Made by a program: the position numbers and the translations under genes. Shown piece by piece: positions 42,923 to 53,416 of a DNA stretch of 64,000 nt. Under the pieces are notes generated by a model, which worked only from the letters and a program-made list of their open reading frames with translations, had not been told where the DNA came from and did no database searches. Position 1 is the first letter of the stretch. Every line of letters starts with the position of its first letter. The stretch lies in contig CBDESU010000001.1 in assembly GCA_965242695.1 (NCBI GenBank), forward strand, positions 384,001-448,000. The letters run 5' to 3'. The DNA comes from Cenarchaeum sp. GTDB taxonomy: Archaea > Thermoproteota > Nitrososphaeria > Nitrososphaerales > Nitrosopumilaceae.

Positions 42923-44110
42923 CTACCTGCCGCGGAGCGCCTCCCTTGCCAGCCTCATCCTCTTGAAGACCGCGGCCGGGTCGGTGGTGGAGCGGGTCGT
43001 CGATTCGATGAACTCCGCGTCCGACCGAAGGCGGCGCACGCGGCCTGCCAGGCCGCCGCCGCCGAAGAAGCCGGGGCTGCCCGCGACAGTGACGAGCAGG
43101 GCGTCGAGCACGGACGGGTTTACTCGGCCGCTCTGTCCGAGCGCCTCCCCCTCGAGCGCCTCCAGGAGCACGGCGCATGCCTGGGCAAATCTCGCCCGCT
43201 CCTCGCAAACAAACTCGTCCGGCGGATCGCGGTTGCTGTACATGTACGACGACAGAAAGTCTTTCATGGGCCTCTTGTACCCGCCAAGGTTGTGGCGCAG
43301 GGCCATGTAGCGCAGTATCAACTCCGCATCCCCCTGCCGCTCGTCGCGGCGCGGCATCCCTATGAGCCTCCTCCACTCGCCGAGTCCGTTGAGCTTGACG
43401 ATCAGGTCGTTGAGCCTGCCCGCGTATATGCGGCCTCTGGCCTCTTGATCCCCCGGCTGGATTCTCGCCGTGTTCAGCCGCTCGAATACGTGGTGCATGA
43501 CGGTCGGGTTCCCGTCCGGATCCATCTGGCGCATCACGATCACCCTCAGTAGGGTGTTCCTGAGCAGGCGCTGATCGGCGGGATCCAGGGCGGAAAACGA
43601 CTTGTTGTGGAGCCTCCCGCCCGGATTGACGCCGATCAATCGAAATTTTTCGGCCCTTTTTCCATTGGCGGCATCCTCGAACTCTTCCTTGAAAAAGCGG
43701 TGTACCGTCTCGAGGCGCTGGCGCCCGTCTATTACGAGCTGCGTGCGATCCCTCTGTTCGGACACGAACACGGGTGGCACGAGCAGGCCCATTATGAACG
43801 ACTCGATGAGGCGCGAGGCCCTGGGGCGGTCCCAGACGTACTGCCTCTGGAATCCCGGCATGACTATCTCGCGCCCCGCCATCCTCTGGTGCAGCAGCTC
43901 GAGCGGATAGTCTACTGGCGTGGCGACTATGTCGTGGTCAACCGGCATGAACTGGTCGTCGCCGTGGTCGCACTCGATCTCGCCCGCGGCCGGCGGAGCT
44001 TGTCCTGGCGCCATCGGGCAGGGCCGCACTGTCGCGTATATGGCCTTGACGGATCCGCCGCCGCCGCACCGGCCGCGGCGCCTCTCGCGCCAGGACTCCC
44101 AGGCTCGCAT
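42923..44110 (-). CDS. DUF262 (ParB/Srx-fold, GmrS-like) protein
   Basis: PGFQRQYVW, LIESF, IDGRQRL, VFERLN. The true start is probably downstream of 44110. Confidence 0.85.
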   Translation of the reverse strand: MRAWESWRERRRGRCGGGGSVKAIYATVRPCPMAPGQAPPAAGEIECDHGDDQFMPVDHDIVATPVDYPLELLHQRMAGREIVMPGFQRQYVWDRPRASRLIESFIMGLLVPPVFVSEQRDRTQLVIDGRQRLETVHRFFKEEFEDAANGKRAEKFRLIGVNPGGRLHNKSFSALDPADQRLLRNTLLRVIVMRQMDPDGNPTVMHHVFERLNTARIQPGDQEARGRIYAGRLNDLIVKLNGLGEWRRLIGMPRRDERQGDAELILRYMALRHNLGGYKRPMKDFLSSYMYSNRDPPDEFVCEERARFAQACAVLLEALEGEALGQSGRVNPSVLDALLVTVAGSPGFFGGGGLAGRVRRLRSDAEFIESTTRSTTDPAAVFKRMRLAREALRGR

Positions 44111-44307
44111 GCCTCCCGGCGCGGGGCCGCCTGCGCCTGCGGCGAGCCTGCGCCGTGTGCACTGCGGCGGGATCGGCAGAGGCCCTGCCCGCGCACTGCC
44201 GCTTTGACCGCATCACCGCCGCGCGAATCTGCATGCGGAGCCGGCGATGCCGGATCGCCGCGGCCCTGCCCTGCGCGGTTTATAAGGGCCGCCTCCGGCC
44301 GCGCCCC

Positions 44308-44709
44308 GTGGGAGGCACCAAGAACAAGTCGCCGGCGCAGAAGGAGAGGTCGCAGGCGTCAAAAAAGCCCGACTTCAAGAAGTCCAAGAAGGGCGGCAAG
44401 GAGGGCGATGGCGCCTCGCAGTCCTCGCCCTCGGTCGAGATCAGGGTAGTCATGACCGATGCGCAGGCCAAGAAGGCGATGGCCTCGAGCCGCACGGTCA
44501 CGGCCCACAACCTGGCAAGGCAGGCGGGGGTCAAGATATCGGCCGCCCATGCATACCTGCGCGGCGCCGCCGAGCGCGGCCTGGTCAAAGCCGTCGGCGG
44601 AAAGAGCGGCCACCGCGTGTACGCGGTGGTCGACACGAAGGTTCCTGCAAAGGCGCCTGGCATGGCCTCGACGCTCGGTACCACGAGCGGGTCGTCAAAG
44701 ACCAAGTAG
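44308..44709 (+). CDS. rps25e: 30S ribosomal protein S25e-like
   Basis: Lys-rich MGGTKNK N-terminus and wHTH (TAHNLARQAGVKISAA..YLR..G..RVY); TATA box at 44279. Confidence 0.8.
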   Translation: MGGTKNKSPAQKERSQASKKPDFKKSKKGGKEGDGASQSSPSVEIRVVMTDAQAKKAMASSRTVTAHNLARQAGVKISAAHAYLRGAAERGLVKAVGGKSGHRVYAVVDTKVPAKAPGMASTLGTTSGSSKTK

Positions 44710-44886
44710 GCGGCCGGGCTGGCGTTCATACTGCGCACCATCATGGCCGCGCCGTGCATCGTGTAGCGGCTGTACGGCGCGCTGCCGCCGGCGCCTGCCG
44801 TGCCGCGGCCGCGGGATGCACAGGTGCCTGAATGCCCTTGGGGGATGCCGCGCGCCGTGCGGCCGCGCCGGCTCGCGCCGCCGAGC

Positions 44887-45285
44887 CTATGCCTGCCGAA
44901 CCGCGATCGTGTCCCCGCGCCGCGCCTTCCCGAGCAGGGCCGCGCCGCCCTCGCCGAGCCTCCCGATCGGCGTCAGCCGCCTGCCCGTCGCGCCGCCCTT
45001 GGTGAAAAAGCACACGCTCCCGCCGTGCGGCAGGAACGCAACGTCACCGGCGGCAAACTCCGTCCTCTGCCTCTCGGCGCCGGCCTGCACCGCGGTCTGA
45101 AAGTGCACCGCCGCGGCGCTGCCGGCCACGGCGGCATCGAGCGCGTGGGCTCCACCCAACACCGGCAGGGCCCTTAGCAGGAGGCCGACGGTGGACGGGG
45201 CAAGGTGCCTCTTTAGCTCGAGCGGGGCCGAGCCTGCGCCGACGACCTCGACGATCAGCGCCGCCCTCGACACGGACCCGTCCAT
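44887..45285 (-). CDS. Cyclophilin-like fold protein
   Basis: LKRHLAPSTV..LP...GDVAFLP..SVCFF..IG. Confidence 0.75.
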   Translation of the reverse strand: MDGSVSRAALIVEVVGAGSAPLELKRHLAPSTVGLLLRALPVLGGAHALDAAVAGSAAAVHFQTAVQAGAERQRTEFAAGDVAFLPHGGSVCFFTKGGATGRRLTPIGRLGEGGAALLGKARRGDTIAVRQA

Positions 45286-45346
45286 GCCGCCGCGCGCCCT
45301 GCGCCGGTTATAACGAATGCGCGCCGCGCCGCGGCGCGCGCCGGGC

Positions 45347-46381
45347 CTACCCGAGGTACACGTAGCCGCGCCCCTTCTCGCCCCTCACGAGCAGGGCCGA
45401 TCCCGCGCCGCCGGCCGCGGCGGCCGCGGCCGCCCTCCTTTCTGTCACCGCATGCTTTACCTGCGCATCGCAGTCGTCGATCTTGTGGAGCGCCATGGCC
45501 TCGGGGAACAGCGGCTCGACCGGGGATCCCTTTTCGAGCGCCCCGTGGTGGCTCAGGACCATGTGCACCAGCTTGTCGCGCACCGCGTCGGGAACGCCCT
45601 CGGCCCCGGCCATCGCATCCCATACGATCCTTGCGCCCACCGGTATGTGCCCGAACATGATCTCCCCGTCCGTCCTGTCGATGGTCGCGCCGATCTTGTA
45701 CCCCCTCGTCTTGCCAATGTCGTGCAGCAGGCAGCCGGCCACGAGGAGGTCGCCGTCGAGGCCCTCCCCGTGCTGCTCTGCGACGGCCCTCGCAATGGCC
45801 GCCATGCTGAGCGAGTGCTCGAGCAGGCCGCCGGCGTACCCGTGGTGGTACCGGACGGCGGCGGGGGCCGCCGAGAACTCGGCAATCATCCTGTCGTCAA
45901 AGACCGCCTCGAGCGCGGCCCTGACGCCGGGGCTGCGCACGGACCGTATGACCTCGCGCAGCCTCTCGACCATCTCGCCGACGTCCTTTTCGCCGGACTG
46001 GACAAGCTCGGCCCTGTCGTACTCGTCCGTCCTGGCCATGGATACGTTCCTGTCCTTTGGCGACACGTGCACCTCCAGCTTGTCGTTGTACGACTTTACG
46101 ATGCCGTTCGATATGGCGACCACGTCTCCCACCTTGAACGACCGGTACGCCGCCATCGTCTCCTCTTCGCTGTCGCCGCCCCAGTACTTTACGTCGATCG
46201 TGCCTGTCTTGTCGCCTATCTCGAAGAAGAAATACATGCCCTGCTTGTTCTTGTACTTTGCCGGCTCCTTTCTCTTGCCGACTACCGCAAAGTACCCGTT
46301 GACGCGTAGCTCCTTTTTCATCTCGTCGACGTACGTGCCCTTGCCGGCCGCGCCGCCGGCCTGCGCGCCGCCGGCCTGCAT
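45347..46381 (-). CDS. OB-fold plus HD-domain 3'-5' exoribonuclease, YhaM family
   Basis: DKTGTI OB fold; APAA..HHGYAGGLLEH, LLHDIGK, GHI, LSHHG, D..DA. Confidence 0.88.
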   Translation of the reverse strand: MQAGGAQAGGAAGKGTYVDEMKKELRVNGYFAVVGKRKEPAKYKNKQGMYFFFEIGDKTGTIDVKYWGGDSEEETMAAYRSFKVGDVVAISNGIVKSYNDKLEVHVSPKDRNVSMARTDEYDRAELVQSGEKDVGEMVERLREVIRSVRSPGVRAALEAVFDDRMIAEFSAAPAAVRYHHGYAGGLLEHSLSMAAIARAVAEQHGEGLDGDLLVAGCLLHDIGKTRGYKIGATIDRTDGEIMFGHIPVGARIVWDAMAGAEGVPDAVRDKLVHMVLSHHGALEKGSPVEPLFPEAMALHKIDDCDAQVKHAVTERRAAAAAAAGGAGSALLVRGEKGRGYVYLG

Positions 46382-46682
46382 GCCCGCGCTGCCGTCAAGC
46401 GTCGCACTCAATGCCGTGCGCGCCGCGCCGGCGCTATTAAAGCCGTCCGGGGCCCCCTGCGCATTCCGGATCGGGCCGTCCGCGCCGGGGTTCGCAGCGG
46501 CCCCGATCGGGCGCAGCCTCGGCGCGGAATGCGCCGCATCGCAGCGGCCGGGCGTTCGTGCGCCGGCGGTGGGTGCCGGGGCCTGCCGCCGGCGCGGCGC
46601 GCCCAGCAGGGGGCGCGGGCACTGCGATCGGCCCGCGATCGGCCGCCTAGATACATATAAGGTCTTTCCGGCCCGCGCGTGC

Positions 46683-47315
46683 TTGCCCGGAGCAAACGAT
46701 GGGGCGGCTGCGGGTGGCGGCGCCGCGGCCGGTTCTACAGGTAGCGATGCGAATGGAGGCGATCCGCCCAAGGTTGCGGCCGACGGCGATGGCGCGTCGT
46801 CCGCTCCCGGCTCGGCCGCCGAGGGCGCCGGGCCGGATGCCGTCGAGGACGGGGGCATGCCCGACCTGGCCGCCGACGAGGACTCTGTCGAAAGCGATGA
46901 CGTCCCCAACCCAGGGCTGAAAAAGGCACTCGAGTCGTACAGCAAGCTGTTCAACCCCGAGCTGATGACGCCCGACGAGCAGGACAAGCTCGACGAAAGG
47001 CTCCGCGAGATAAGGGAGCGGCCGGTGGTTGAGACCGACGCTCCGCACGAGCCGGTGGAGATTGCGCAGGGCGCGGACGGGATAGAGGTGGGCCCGCCGA
47101 CGCTGACGCGGTTTGAAAAGGCGCGCATCATGGGCGCCAGGGCGCTCCAGCTGTCCGAGGGCGCCCCCGCCTTTATCGAGATACCAGAGTCTGCCATGAC
47201 CTCGCTCGACATTGCCATGGTGGAGCTCGACCAGAGGGTCATCCCGATAACGATACGCCGCGTGCTGCCAAACGGCGACTATCAGAACATACCGATCGAC
47301 TACTTCAAGGCCTGA
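46683..47315 (+). CDS. rpoK: RNA polymerase subunit K (Rpo6) with an acidic N-terminal extension
   Basis: LTRFEKARIMGARALQL..GAP..IA..EL..IPITIRR.LP. TTG start inferred from the TATA box at about 46655; ATG 46857 is an alternative. Confidence 0.9.
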   Translation: MPGANDGAAAGGGAAAGSTGSDANGGDPPKVAADGDGASSAPGSAAEGAGPDAVEDGGMPDLAADEDSVESDDVPNPGLKKALESYSKLFNPELMTPDEQDKLDERLREIRERPVVETDAPHEPVEIAQGADGIEVGPPTLTRFEKARIMGARALQLSEGAPAFIEIPESAMTSLDIAMVELDQRVIPITIRRVLPNGDYQNIPIDYFKA

Positions 47316-47717
47316 CCGCGGGCCTTCCTTCGCGCCGGCCCGGGCGCCATCTTCCTGCGGAGCGCCGGGTCCATGGGCGCCCCGCCCCTGCGCACTTTCC
47401 CTGCCGGGGCCGCCCGCCCCGCCGTGCGTTCCGAGCCTGCGACCCTTGGCGGCTTGGGCGTTGGAGGCCTTCGCCGGTTGCCGCAGGTGCGACTTGGCGC
47501 GCCGCGACGCGGATGTGCCCTGCCTGAAGTGTCCCTTGGCATCGAACGCGCCGAGGGCCGGTTTGCGGCGCACTGCGGGGCGCCGGGCATCATCTGGTTG
47601 AGGGCACGGGAGCGGCGCAATGCACGTTGAGCAATGATTTCGAGGCTGTCTGAAAGATACCATGCGCGGCCTTTTGCACCGCCGGCGTCGGCCGCCGCAG
47701 CCGATATTGCAGCGGCC

Positions 47718-49448
47718 CTAGTCGTAGCGTCCGCCGCCGCGGCCTCTGCCGCCTCCGCGCCCGCCATAGCGGCCGCCGCCGCCGTCGCGGCCCCGGTCTC
47801 CGCCGTCGCGGCCCCGGTCTCCGCCGTATCGGCCTCCGCCTCCGCCGCCGTCGCGGCCCCGGTCTCCGCCGTATCGGCCTCCGCCTCCGCCGCCGTCGCG
47901 GCCCCGGTCTCCGCCGTATCGGCCTCCGCCTCCGCCTCCGTCGCGGCCCCGGTCTCCGCCGTATCGGCCTCCGCCTCCGCCTCCGTCGCGGCCCCGGTCT
48001 CCGCCGTATCGGCCTCCGCCTCCGCCTCCGCCTCCGTCGCGGCCCCGGTCTCCGCCGTATCGGCCTCCGCCTCCGCCAAAGCCTCCGCGGCCTCCACTTC
48101 TGCCTCCGCCGCCTCCAAAGCGCCCTCCGCCGTCGCGTCCTCCGCCTCCGCCAAAGCCTCCGCGGCCTCCGCCGCGCCCGCCTCCAAAGCCTCCGCGGCC
48201 TCCGCCGCCTCCAAAGCGCCCTCCGCCGCGCCCGACCCTGCCGTCCCTCGCATCGTGCCGCCGCCTGCCGCCGCCGCCCTGCCCGTACCGCCGCGACCCG
48301 ACCTGGCGCTTGAGCGGGTCGGGAATGTTTACCTCTATCCCCATGACCTTGTTGAGGTCTGTCATTTCGACCTTTACCTGGCGCTTGATTATGTTGAAGT
48401 CGCCGGCCGAAGAGTACGACACGAGGGTTATCGCCCTGCCCTTGGCGCCGGCCCTGGCGGTGCGGCCGATCCTGTGGAAGTACACCATCTCCTGGTTGGG
48501 CACGTCGTAGTTGACGACAAGCGCCACCTGGGGCACGTCTATCCCGCGGGCGGCCACGTCCGTCGCCACGAGTATCTTTGCCTTGCCGGTGCGGAACTTT
48601 GACATCGACTGCTCGCGCCTGCTCTGCGACATGTCGCCCTCGATCGCGACGACGTCCATGCCCTCCCTTCGCAGGTCCCGCGCCACGTCCCTCGTGCGGT
48701 ACTTTGTAGAGCAGAACACGATCGACTGCCCCTCTTCATTCTCGCCGATGAACCTGAGCAGGTGGCCCATCTTTTCGCGGTCCTTTATGACGAGGAACGA
48801 CTGGTCGATCCCCTCGCCGCTCAGGTCGTCGGCGTCGAGCAGGAACTGCTTCGGATTGCGCAGATAGTCCTCGGACAGGCGCAGTATCTCGATGGGCATC
48901 GTCGCCGAGAACAGCGACATGACCTTGTCCTCGGGCGTCATGTCTAGTATGTAGTGTATGTCGTCGATGAACCCCATGTCGAGCATCGTGTCGGCCTCGT
49001 CCAGGACGACGTGCGTGACGCCGCCGAGGTCGATCGAGCCGCGCTTTATGTGGTCTATGAGCCTGCCGGGCGTGGCCACGATGACCTCGACGCCCCTCTC
49101 GAGCGCGTTCAGCTGCACCTCCATGCCCTGCCCGCCGTATATGGCGGCGGCCCGCACGTCGGTGTGCTTTGCAAACTTGCGTATCTCGTCGGTGATCTGG
49201 ACAGCCAGCTCCCTCGTGGGCGCGACGATCAGCCCCTGGATGTCGCCGCCGGCCTTTACGTCCTGCAGCATCGATATCGAGTAGGCCGCCGTCTTGCCCG
49301 TGCCAGTGTGCGCCTGGCCGACGACGTCCCTGCCGGTGAGCAGTACCGGGATGGCCGCCTCCTGTATGGGGAACGTCTTGGTGAAGCCCATGTCCCTTAT
49401 GGCGTCTAGCAGCTCCTGCTTTATCCCCAGTTCCTCAAATTGTGCCAT
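47718..49448 (-). CDS. DEAD-box RNA helicase with a Gly/Arg-rich tail
   Basis: Q motif, TGTGKT, PTRELA, TPGR, DEAD, SAT, ARGID, HRIGRTAR. Confidence 0.95.
   Translation of the reverse strand: MAQFEELGIKQELLDAIRDMGFTKTFPIQEAAIPVLLTGRDVVGQAHTGTGKTAAYSISMLQDVKAGGDIQGLIVAPTRELAVQITDEIRKFAKHTDVRAAAIYGGQGMEVQLNALERGVEVIVATPGRLIDHIKRGSIDLGGVTHVVLDEADTMLDMGFIDDIHYILDMTPEDKVMSLFSATMPIEILRLSEDYLRNPKQFLLDADDLSGEGIDQSFLVIKDREKMGHLLRFIGENEEGQSIVFCSTKYRTRDVARDLRREGMDVVAIEGDMSQSRREQSMSKFRTGKAKILVATDVAARGIDVPQVALVVNYDVPNQEMVYFHRIGRTARAGAKGRAITLVSYSSAGDFNIIKRQVKVEMTDLNKVMGIEVNIPDPLKRQVGSRRYGQGGGGRRRHDARDGRVGRGGGRFGGGGGRGGFGGGRGGGRGGFGGGGGRDGGGRFGGGGGRSGGRGGFGGGGGRYGGDRGRDGGGGGGGGRYGGDRGRDGGGGGGRYGGDRGRDGGGGGGRYGGDRGRDGGGGGGRYGGDRGRDGGGGGGRYGGDRGRDGGDRGRDGGGGRYGGRGGGRGRGGGRYD
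47782..48075 (-). repeat. G(n)RYGGDRGRD repeats in the helicase tail
   Basis: About five full units with variable poly-Gly length. Confidence 0.85.
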
Positions 49449-50191
49449 TTTCCTCACTCAGCAATGGCCGAAACGCATTGCCGCTCCGCCATTATTCCGG
49501 CGGGGCGCCCGGCGCGCTACTAATAAACCCTGGGGGGCGGACTCGATCTTCGTCGTGCGCCTGCCTGCCTGCCCTGCAGCCCTCTGCGGGGCGTTCGCGG
49601 CAACCGCCCGTGCGATCGCTGGGAGGGGGACAGTTCGCGCTGCGGGGCGGGGCTGCATTCGGCGGACTCCCACCCCCTGTCGGCGGGCAGGGCGGGCGTG
49701 TAGCGGAGTTGGGCGTGCAGCAGCGCCCTGATCGCATCGTGTGCCGCCGCAGCACAACACATTAATGGTGCAGTTGTGGCTTGCCGGCATGGACGGTTCC
49801 AAGCGCGGCAAGCGGGCAACCGAGAGCCGACGACTTGACGGTAGCAGGCCATACGTGTCGGACATATGGGACATTGAAAAACCGGCGACCTCTAGGCCCC
49901 CTCGAAGGTCTGACTGATTTTTTTGCATGTGATACAATGCCGCATACGAACCGGGGCGGGTCGCTGCCTGGAGGTCGAATCTCATGTTGCCATGAGGCGG
50001 CCCCTATTGCACATCGTCACCTGTGCGTGCATAGCCGATTAGTAATGTTTATAAGCAGGTACTTTATATTGGTTAAACGGTACTTATTTCAAAATCGCCT
50101 TGGTAGTCGGCACGTTTGAATGGGCGCGATCTAGAATACTTAACCCAAAAAATATGTATAGTATGTCAAGCTTGACAGTCTATTGTAAGGC

Positions 50192-50809
50192 TCAATCTGT
50201 CTTCACAATGTCGGATATTGGATACTTTTCTTTAAGCTTGCGCATGACTTCCGGTATGCTGTCAAGCAACGCATGTTCAGATTCTTCAAGCTTATGGTAC
50301 AAGTGATGCGCATGGGATGGTTCTATGTTTGATTCTTGCATTTCGCGTATTTTTTTAAGCGCTATGTTGTGATCTTTTACGCGCTGAAATACGTCTTGAG
50401 TGTCTTGGTGGATCCTTGGGTCTATAAATGTTGTTTTACCTAGGTTTCCCAAACTATCGTAAACGTCGTGATTGAACAAACGGCTCATAAAGTAGACAGG
50501 TTGATCCTGAATTCTTACAACGCGCAAATCTTGGTGCTTGTTTGTGTCCAGGTCTTGGAGCGTATCGCGCAGCTCCATGTACAAGGACGCGGCCGCTCTC
50601 TGACCCTCTGTCATGTCCGAGTGCAGCCGTCTGGCAAAATACAGACCGGGTGCGATCGCGAGTGACATTGTGGTCACTATGGCCGCCAGTCTCTCGACAG
50701 ACATGCACTCCCATGGCGAAGGCCAATCACAGTTCCAAAACGCCACTATCGCCGCCGTGGCCGCGATCGTGTCGGCGAGCGCTATGTGGGACATTGCCGC
50801 TACGTTCAT
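50192..50809 (-). CDS. Hypothetical protein with two N-terminal hydrophobic segments, low GC
   Basis: AT-rich codons unlike the flanks; TATA-like box at about 50845. The track extension to 51400 is likely spurious. Confidence 0.6.
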   Translation of the reverse strand: MNVAAMSHIALADTIAATAAIVAFWNCDWPSPWECMSVERLAAIVTTMSLAIAPGLYFARRLHSDMTEGQRAAASLYMELRDTLQDLDTNKHQDLRVVRIQDQPVYFMSRLFNHDVYDSLGNLGKTTFIDPRIHQDTQDVFQRVKDHNIALKKIREMQESNIEPSHAHHLYHKLEESEHALLDSIPEVMRKLKEKYPISDIVKTD

Positions 50810-51401
50810 GTTCACCACCACAAAATTTTCTAAACCGCCTTTACTTATATGCCCATTAGGGCTACACGCGAGAGCTCCGGTCTTGGGGTGAACCATGTCG
50901 GCCGCCTTGACAACGCCGCCACATCCGGCGCCCGGTACGATCGATGCCGTGCCGCTGGGGCGGGGGGAGACGGGAGGGCCGACGTGACGGCGGCCGAGGC
51001 CACTGCACGGAGGGGGATGTGCGGGGGGGGGGGGGGGGGAGGGGAGGACGTGCCATGTGCATGCCCGCCGCGCGGCGCCTGCGGAGCGCACCGGCCCGCC
51101 GCCGTCAACCCGAGGTGTCGGCAGGGGGAGGGGAGGGGGGGACAGGGGCAGAGGCCGGATCCTTCCCTCGGCCTGCCGGCGCCCGTCATCCGGCGCCGCT
51201 GTTCCTTGCCCCTCCACCGCCCGGGGGCATCCATGCAGGCGGCCCCTCGCCGCCGGCGGCCCGCGGGCCTGAACGACGATCGCGAGGCGGCGCATCGCTT
51301 TATACCACGAGGCGGCCCCGACAAGGCGTGGACAGCGGCGGCAGGCGGGGGCGGATGGCCTGCTGCAACCGCGGCTGCCCGCAGCGCGGGGGCGGCGCAT
51401 A

Positions 51402-52169
51402 GTGGGCGACTATACATTCTCTACGATAAAGATCGTGCCGCACGCAGCGCGCGGCGAGTCGGTCAACATAGGGATACTGCTCTACGACCCCGCCCAAAAG
51501 CTTCTGCACCGGAGGCTTACCGACAACTGGGACGAGGTGCGGCGGCGGGCCGGGGTCGAGTCGCTGCCCGACTTGGGGGCCGTTTCGGGCGATGTCCCGG
51601 CCAGGGTCGGCGACGACTACCTGGCATCGCTGGCGGAGAATTCTTTGGGAAACATAGTCATAACGGCACCGCGCCCCCTCATGCCCTTTGCGACGCATCT
51701 GGACGCGCTAGAGTGGGTGTTTCGATCGCAGATAGGCGTGCCGAGCGGCGGCAGGAGGCGGGCCGATGGGGCCGATGCCGTCCTTGCCGGGCTCGTAGCC
51801 GAGGCGAAGTTTCCGAGCGGAAGCTGCCGCCGCTGGCACAAGTTCGGAAGCGGCGAGACGTCGATACGGTTCCCGTACGTGTTCGGCAGGGCCGGCAGGC
51901 CGTCGGCCGCAATGTTTGCCGTCTCGTTTTCCCAGGCGCACGCGCTTGCCCGCATCAAGGAGCGGCTGTACGACATCATGACGATAAGGGAGCGGCACGG
52001 GAGCGGCATCGAGTTCACAATGCTCGCCGTCCAGCGCAGGGGCGACATGGACCCGCTTGACGACGACACGCGAAACGGGCTGGGGATGCTCGACGAGCGG
52101 CGCGTGGGCGTGGTGTACATGGACGGCATACGGGATGCGCTTGCCCGCATACGCCGCATCGTGGCCTAG
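51402..52169 (+). CDS. DUF3037-domain protein
   Basis: YTFSTIKIVPHAARGESVNIGILL N-terminal signature. Confidence 0.75.
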   Translation: MGDYTFSTIKIVPHAARGESVNIGILLYDPAQKLLHRRLTDNWDEVRRRAGVESLPDLGAVSGDVPARVGDDYLASLAENSLGNIVITAPRPLMPFATHLDALEWVFRSQIGVPSGGRRRADGADAVLAGLVAEAKFPSGSCRRWHKFGSGETSIRFPYVFGRAGRPSAAMFAVSFSQAHALARIKERLYDIMTIRERHGSGIEFTMLAVQRRGDMDPLDDDTRNGLGMLDERRVGVVYMDGIRDALARIRRIVA

Positions 52170-52323
52170 CCTGCCGCCCTGCCGGCCTGCTTGCCTGCCA
52201 CGCATCCCGTCGATGCCGCCGTGATCGCACCTTGGCCGCCACGGCGGCGGAGGCGGCAGGCTGGCCGGCGGCAGCGAGGCGGTAGGATGCCGCAGCGCGA
52301 TGGCGCGGGCGATCGTGGATGAG

Positions 52324-52397
52324 AGCCAATGAGGGGATTTGAACCCCCGACCCTTCGCTTACAAAGCGGATGCTCTGCCGGGCTGAGCTACATTGGC
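52324..52397 (-). tRNA. tRNA-Thr(UGU)
   Basis: GCCAATG/CATTGGC acceptor, U8, GCTC/GAGC D stem, loop TT-TGT-AA, GTTCAAATC T loop, U73. Confidence 0.93.
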
Positions 52398-52478
52398 GCG
52401 CGCCGGCTTGGCGGCGGCGCCGTATAAGCGCTTCCTGCCGCCGGCCTGGTTTTTATACGGGCGCGCCGGCCGCCGCCC

Positions 52479-52709
52479 GTGAGGTTCAAGCGGCTGCCGC
52501 GCCGCAAGCTCAAGGTTCTGACGGGCCTGTTCTTTGGCGCCGGCAGCCTCGGCATACTGACCGGCCTCGGCGCGGGCGGCGGGCTGGAGATGACGGCGTT
52601 CGGCACCGCCTTTGTGTGCATCGGCGGGCTGACCGGCTGGATGTTGCTCACGCAGGAGCCGACGAGCCTAAAGGATAAGCGCGCGAAAAAGCGGCGCGGC
52701 GGCAGGTAG
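52479..52709 (+). CDS. Small two-TM membrane protein
   Basis: Two hydrophobic stretches with basic ends; TTTTTATA about 25 nt upstream. Confidence 0.65.
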   Translation: MRFKRLPRRKLKVLTGLFFGAGSLGILTGLGAGGGLEMTAFGTAFVCIGGLTGWMLLTQEPTSLKDKRAKKRRGGR

Positions 52710-52864
52710 GGCCCCTTCCGGCCCGCGCGCCGCCGCCGGCTGGACGGCACAGGATCCTGGCTCCGGGCCGTCCCTCGCAGCCCGCGCGCCGCCCTGCCGG
52801 GCCGCGCCGGCCGGCCGCGACCGAGCGATCTAGGAATAAATTTGCCCGGCGGCGCGGCCCGCCC

Positions 52865-53416
52865 GTGCTGGATCTGGTCGCAAGGCAGCTGTTCCTCACA
52901 AAGGGCAAGGGCGTCCACGAGGACAAGCTGACGAGCTTCGAGTACGCCCTGCGCGATGCGGGGATCGCGGGGACCAACATCGTGCTCATATCGAGCATAT
53001 TCCCGCCGCGCGCAAAGCTGATCTCGCGCAAAGAGGGCCTCAAGCTCATCCGGCCCGGCCAGATACTGTTCACGATCTACTCGAAGAACCAGACGAGCGA
53101 GCCGCACAGGCTCATCGCCTCGTCGGTCGGGCTTGCGCTCCCAAAGGACCCCGCGCGGTACGGCTACCTGTCCGAGCACGACTCGTTCGGCCAGTCGGAA
53201 AAGACGGCAGGCGACTACGCCGAGGACATCGCCGCCCAGATGCTGGCCTCGTCGCTCGGCATACCGTTCGACATCGACAAGAGCTGGGACGAGAAGCGGC
53301 AGCAGTGGAACATATCGGGCGAGATATACCGCACGCAGAACATTACGCAGACGGCCGTCGGCAACAAGGACGGCAAGTGGACTACCGTGTTCGCCGCGGC
53401 CTGCCTAATCCTTTGA
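52865..53416 (+). CDS. pdaD: Pyruvoyl-dependent arginine decarboxylase
   Basis: LTSFEYALRDAGI..NIVLISSIFP (Ser-Ser self-cleavage site), YGYLSEH. Confidence 0.92.
   Translation: MLDLVARQLFLTKGKGVHEDKLTSFEYALRDAGIAGTNIVLISSIFPPRAKLISRKEGLKLIRPGQILFTIYSKNQTSEPHRLIASSVGLALPKDPARYGYLSEHDSFGQSEKTAGDYAEDIAAQMLASSLGIPFDIDKSWDEKRQQWNISGEIYRTQNITQTAVGNKDGKWTTVFAAACLIL

Noticed and set aside
45347-47315. Two 600-aa fully overlapping antisense genes
   Set aside because: They resolve into divergent yhaM-like and rpoK genes with their own TATA boxes; the extensions are shadow frames.
47300-48602. Ala/Glu-rich and Ala/Ser-rich repeat ORFs
   Set aside because: They are alternative frames of the DEAD-box helicase Gly/Arg tail.
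49840-49920. PYVSDIWDIEK fragment resembling a DNA methyltransferase motif
   Set aside because: It is too short, with no supporting motifs or ORF.
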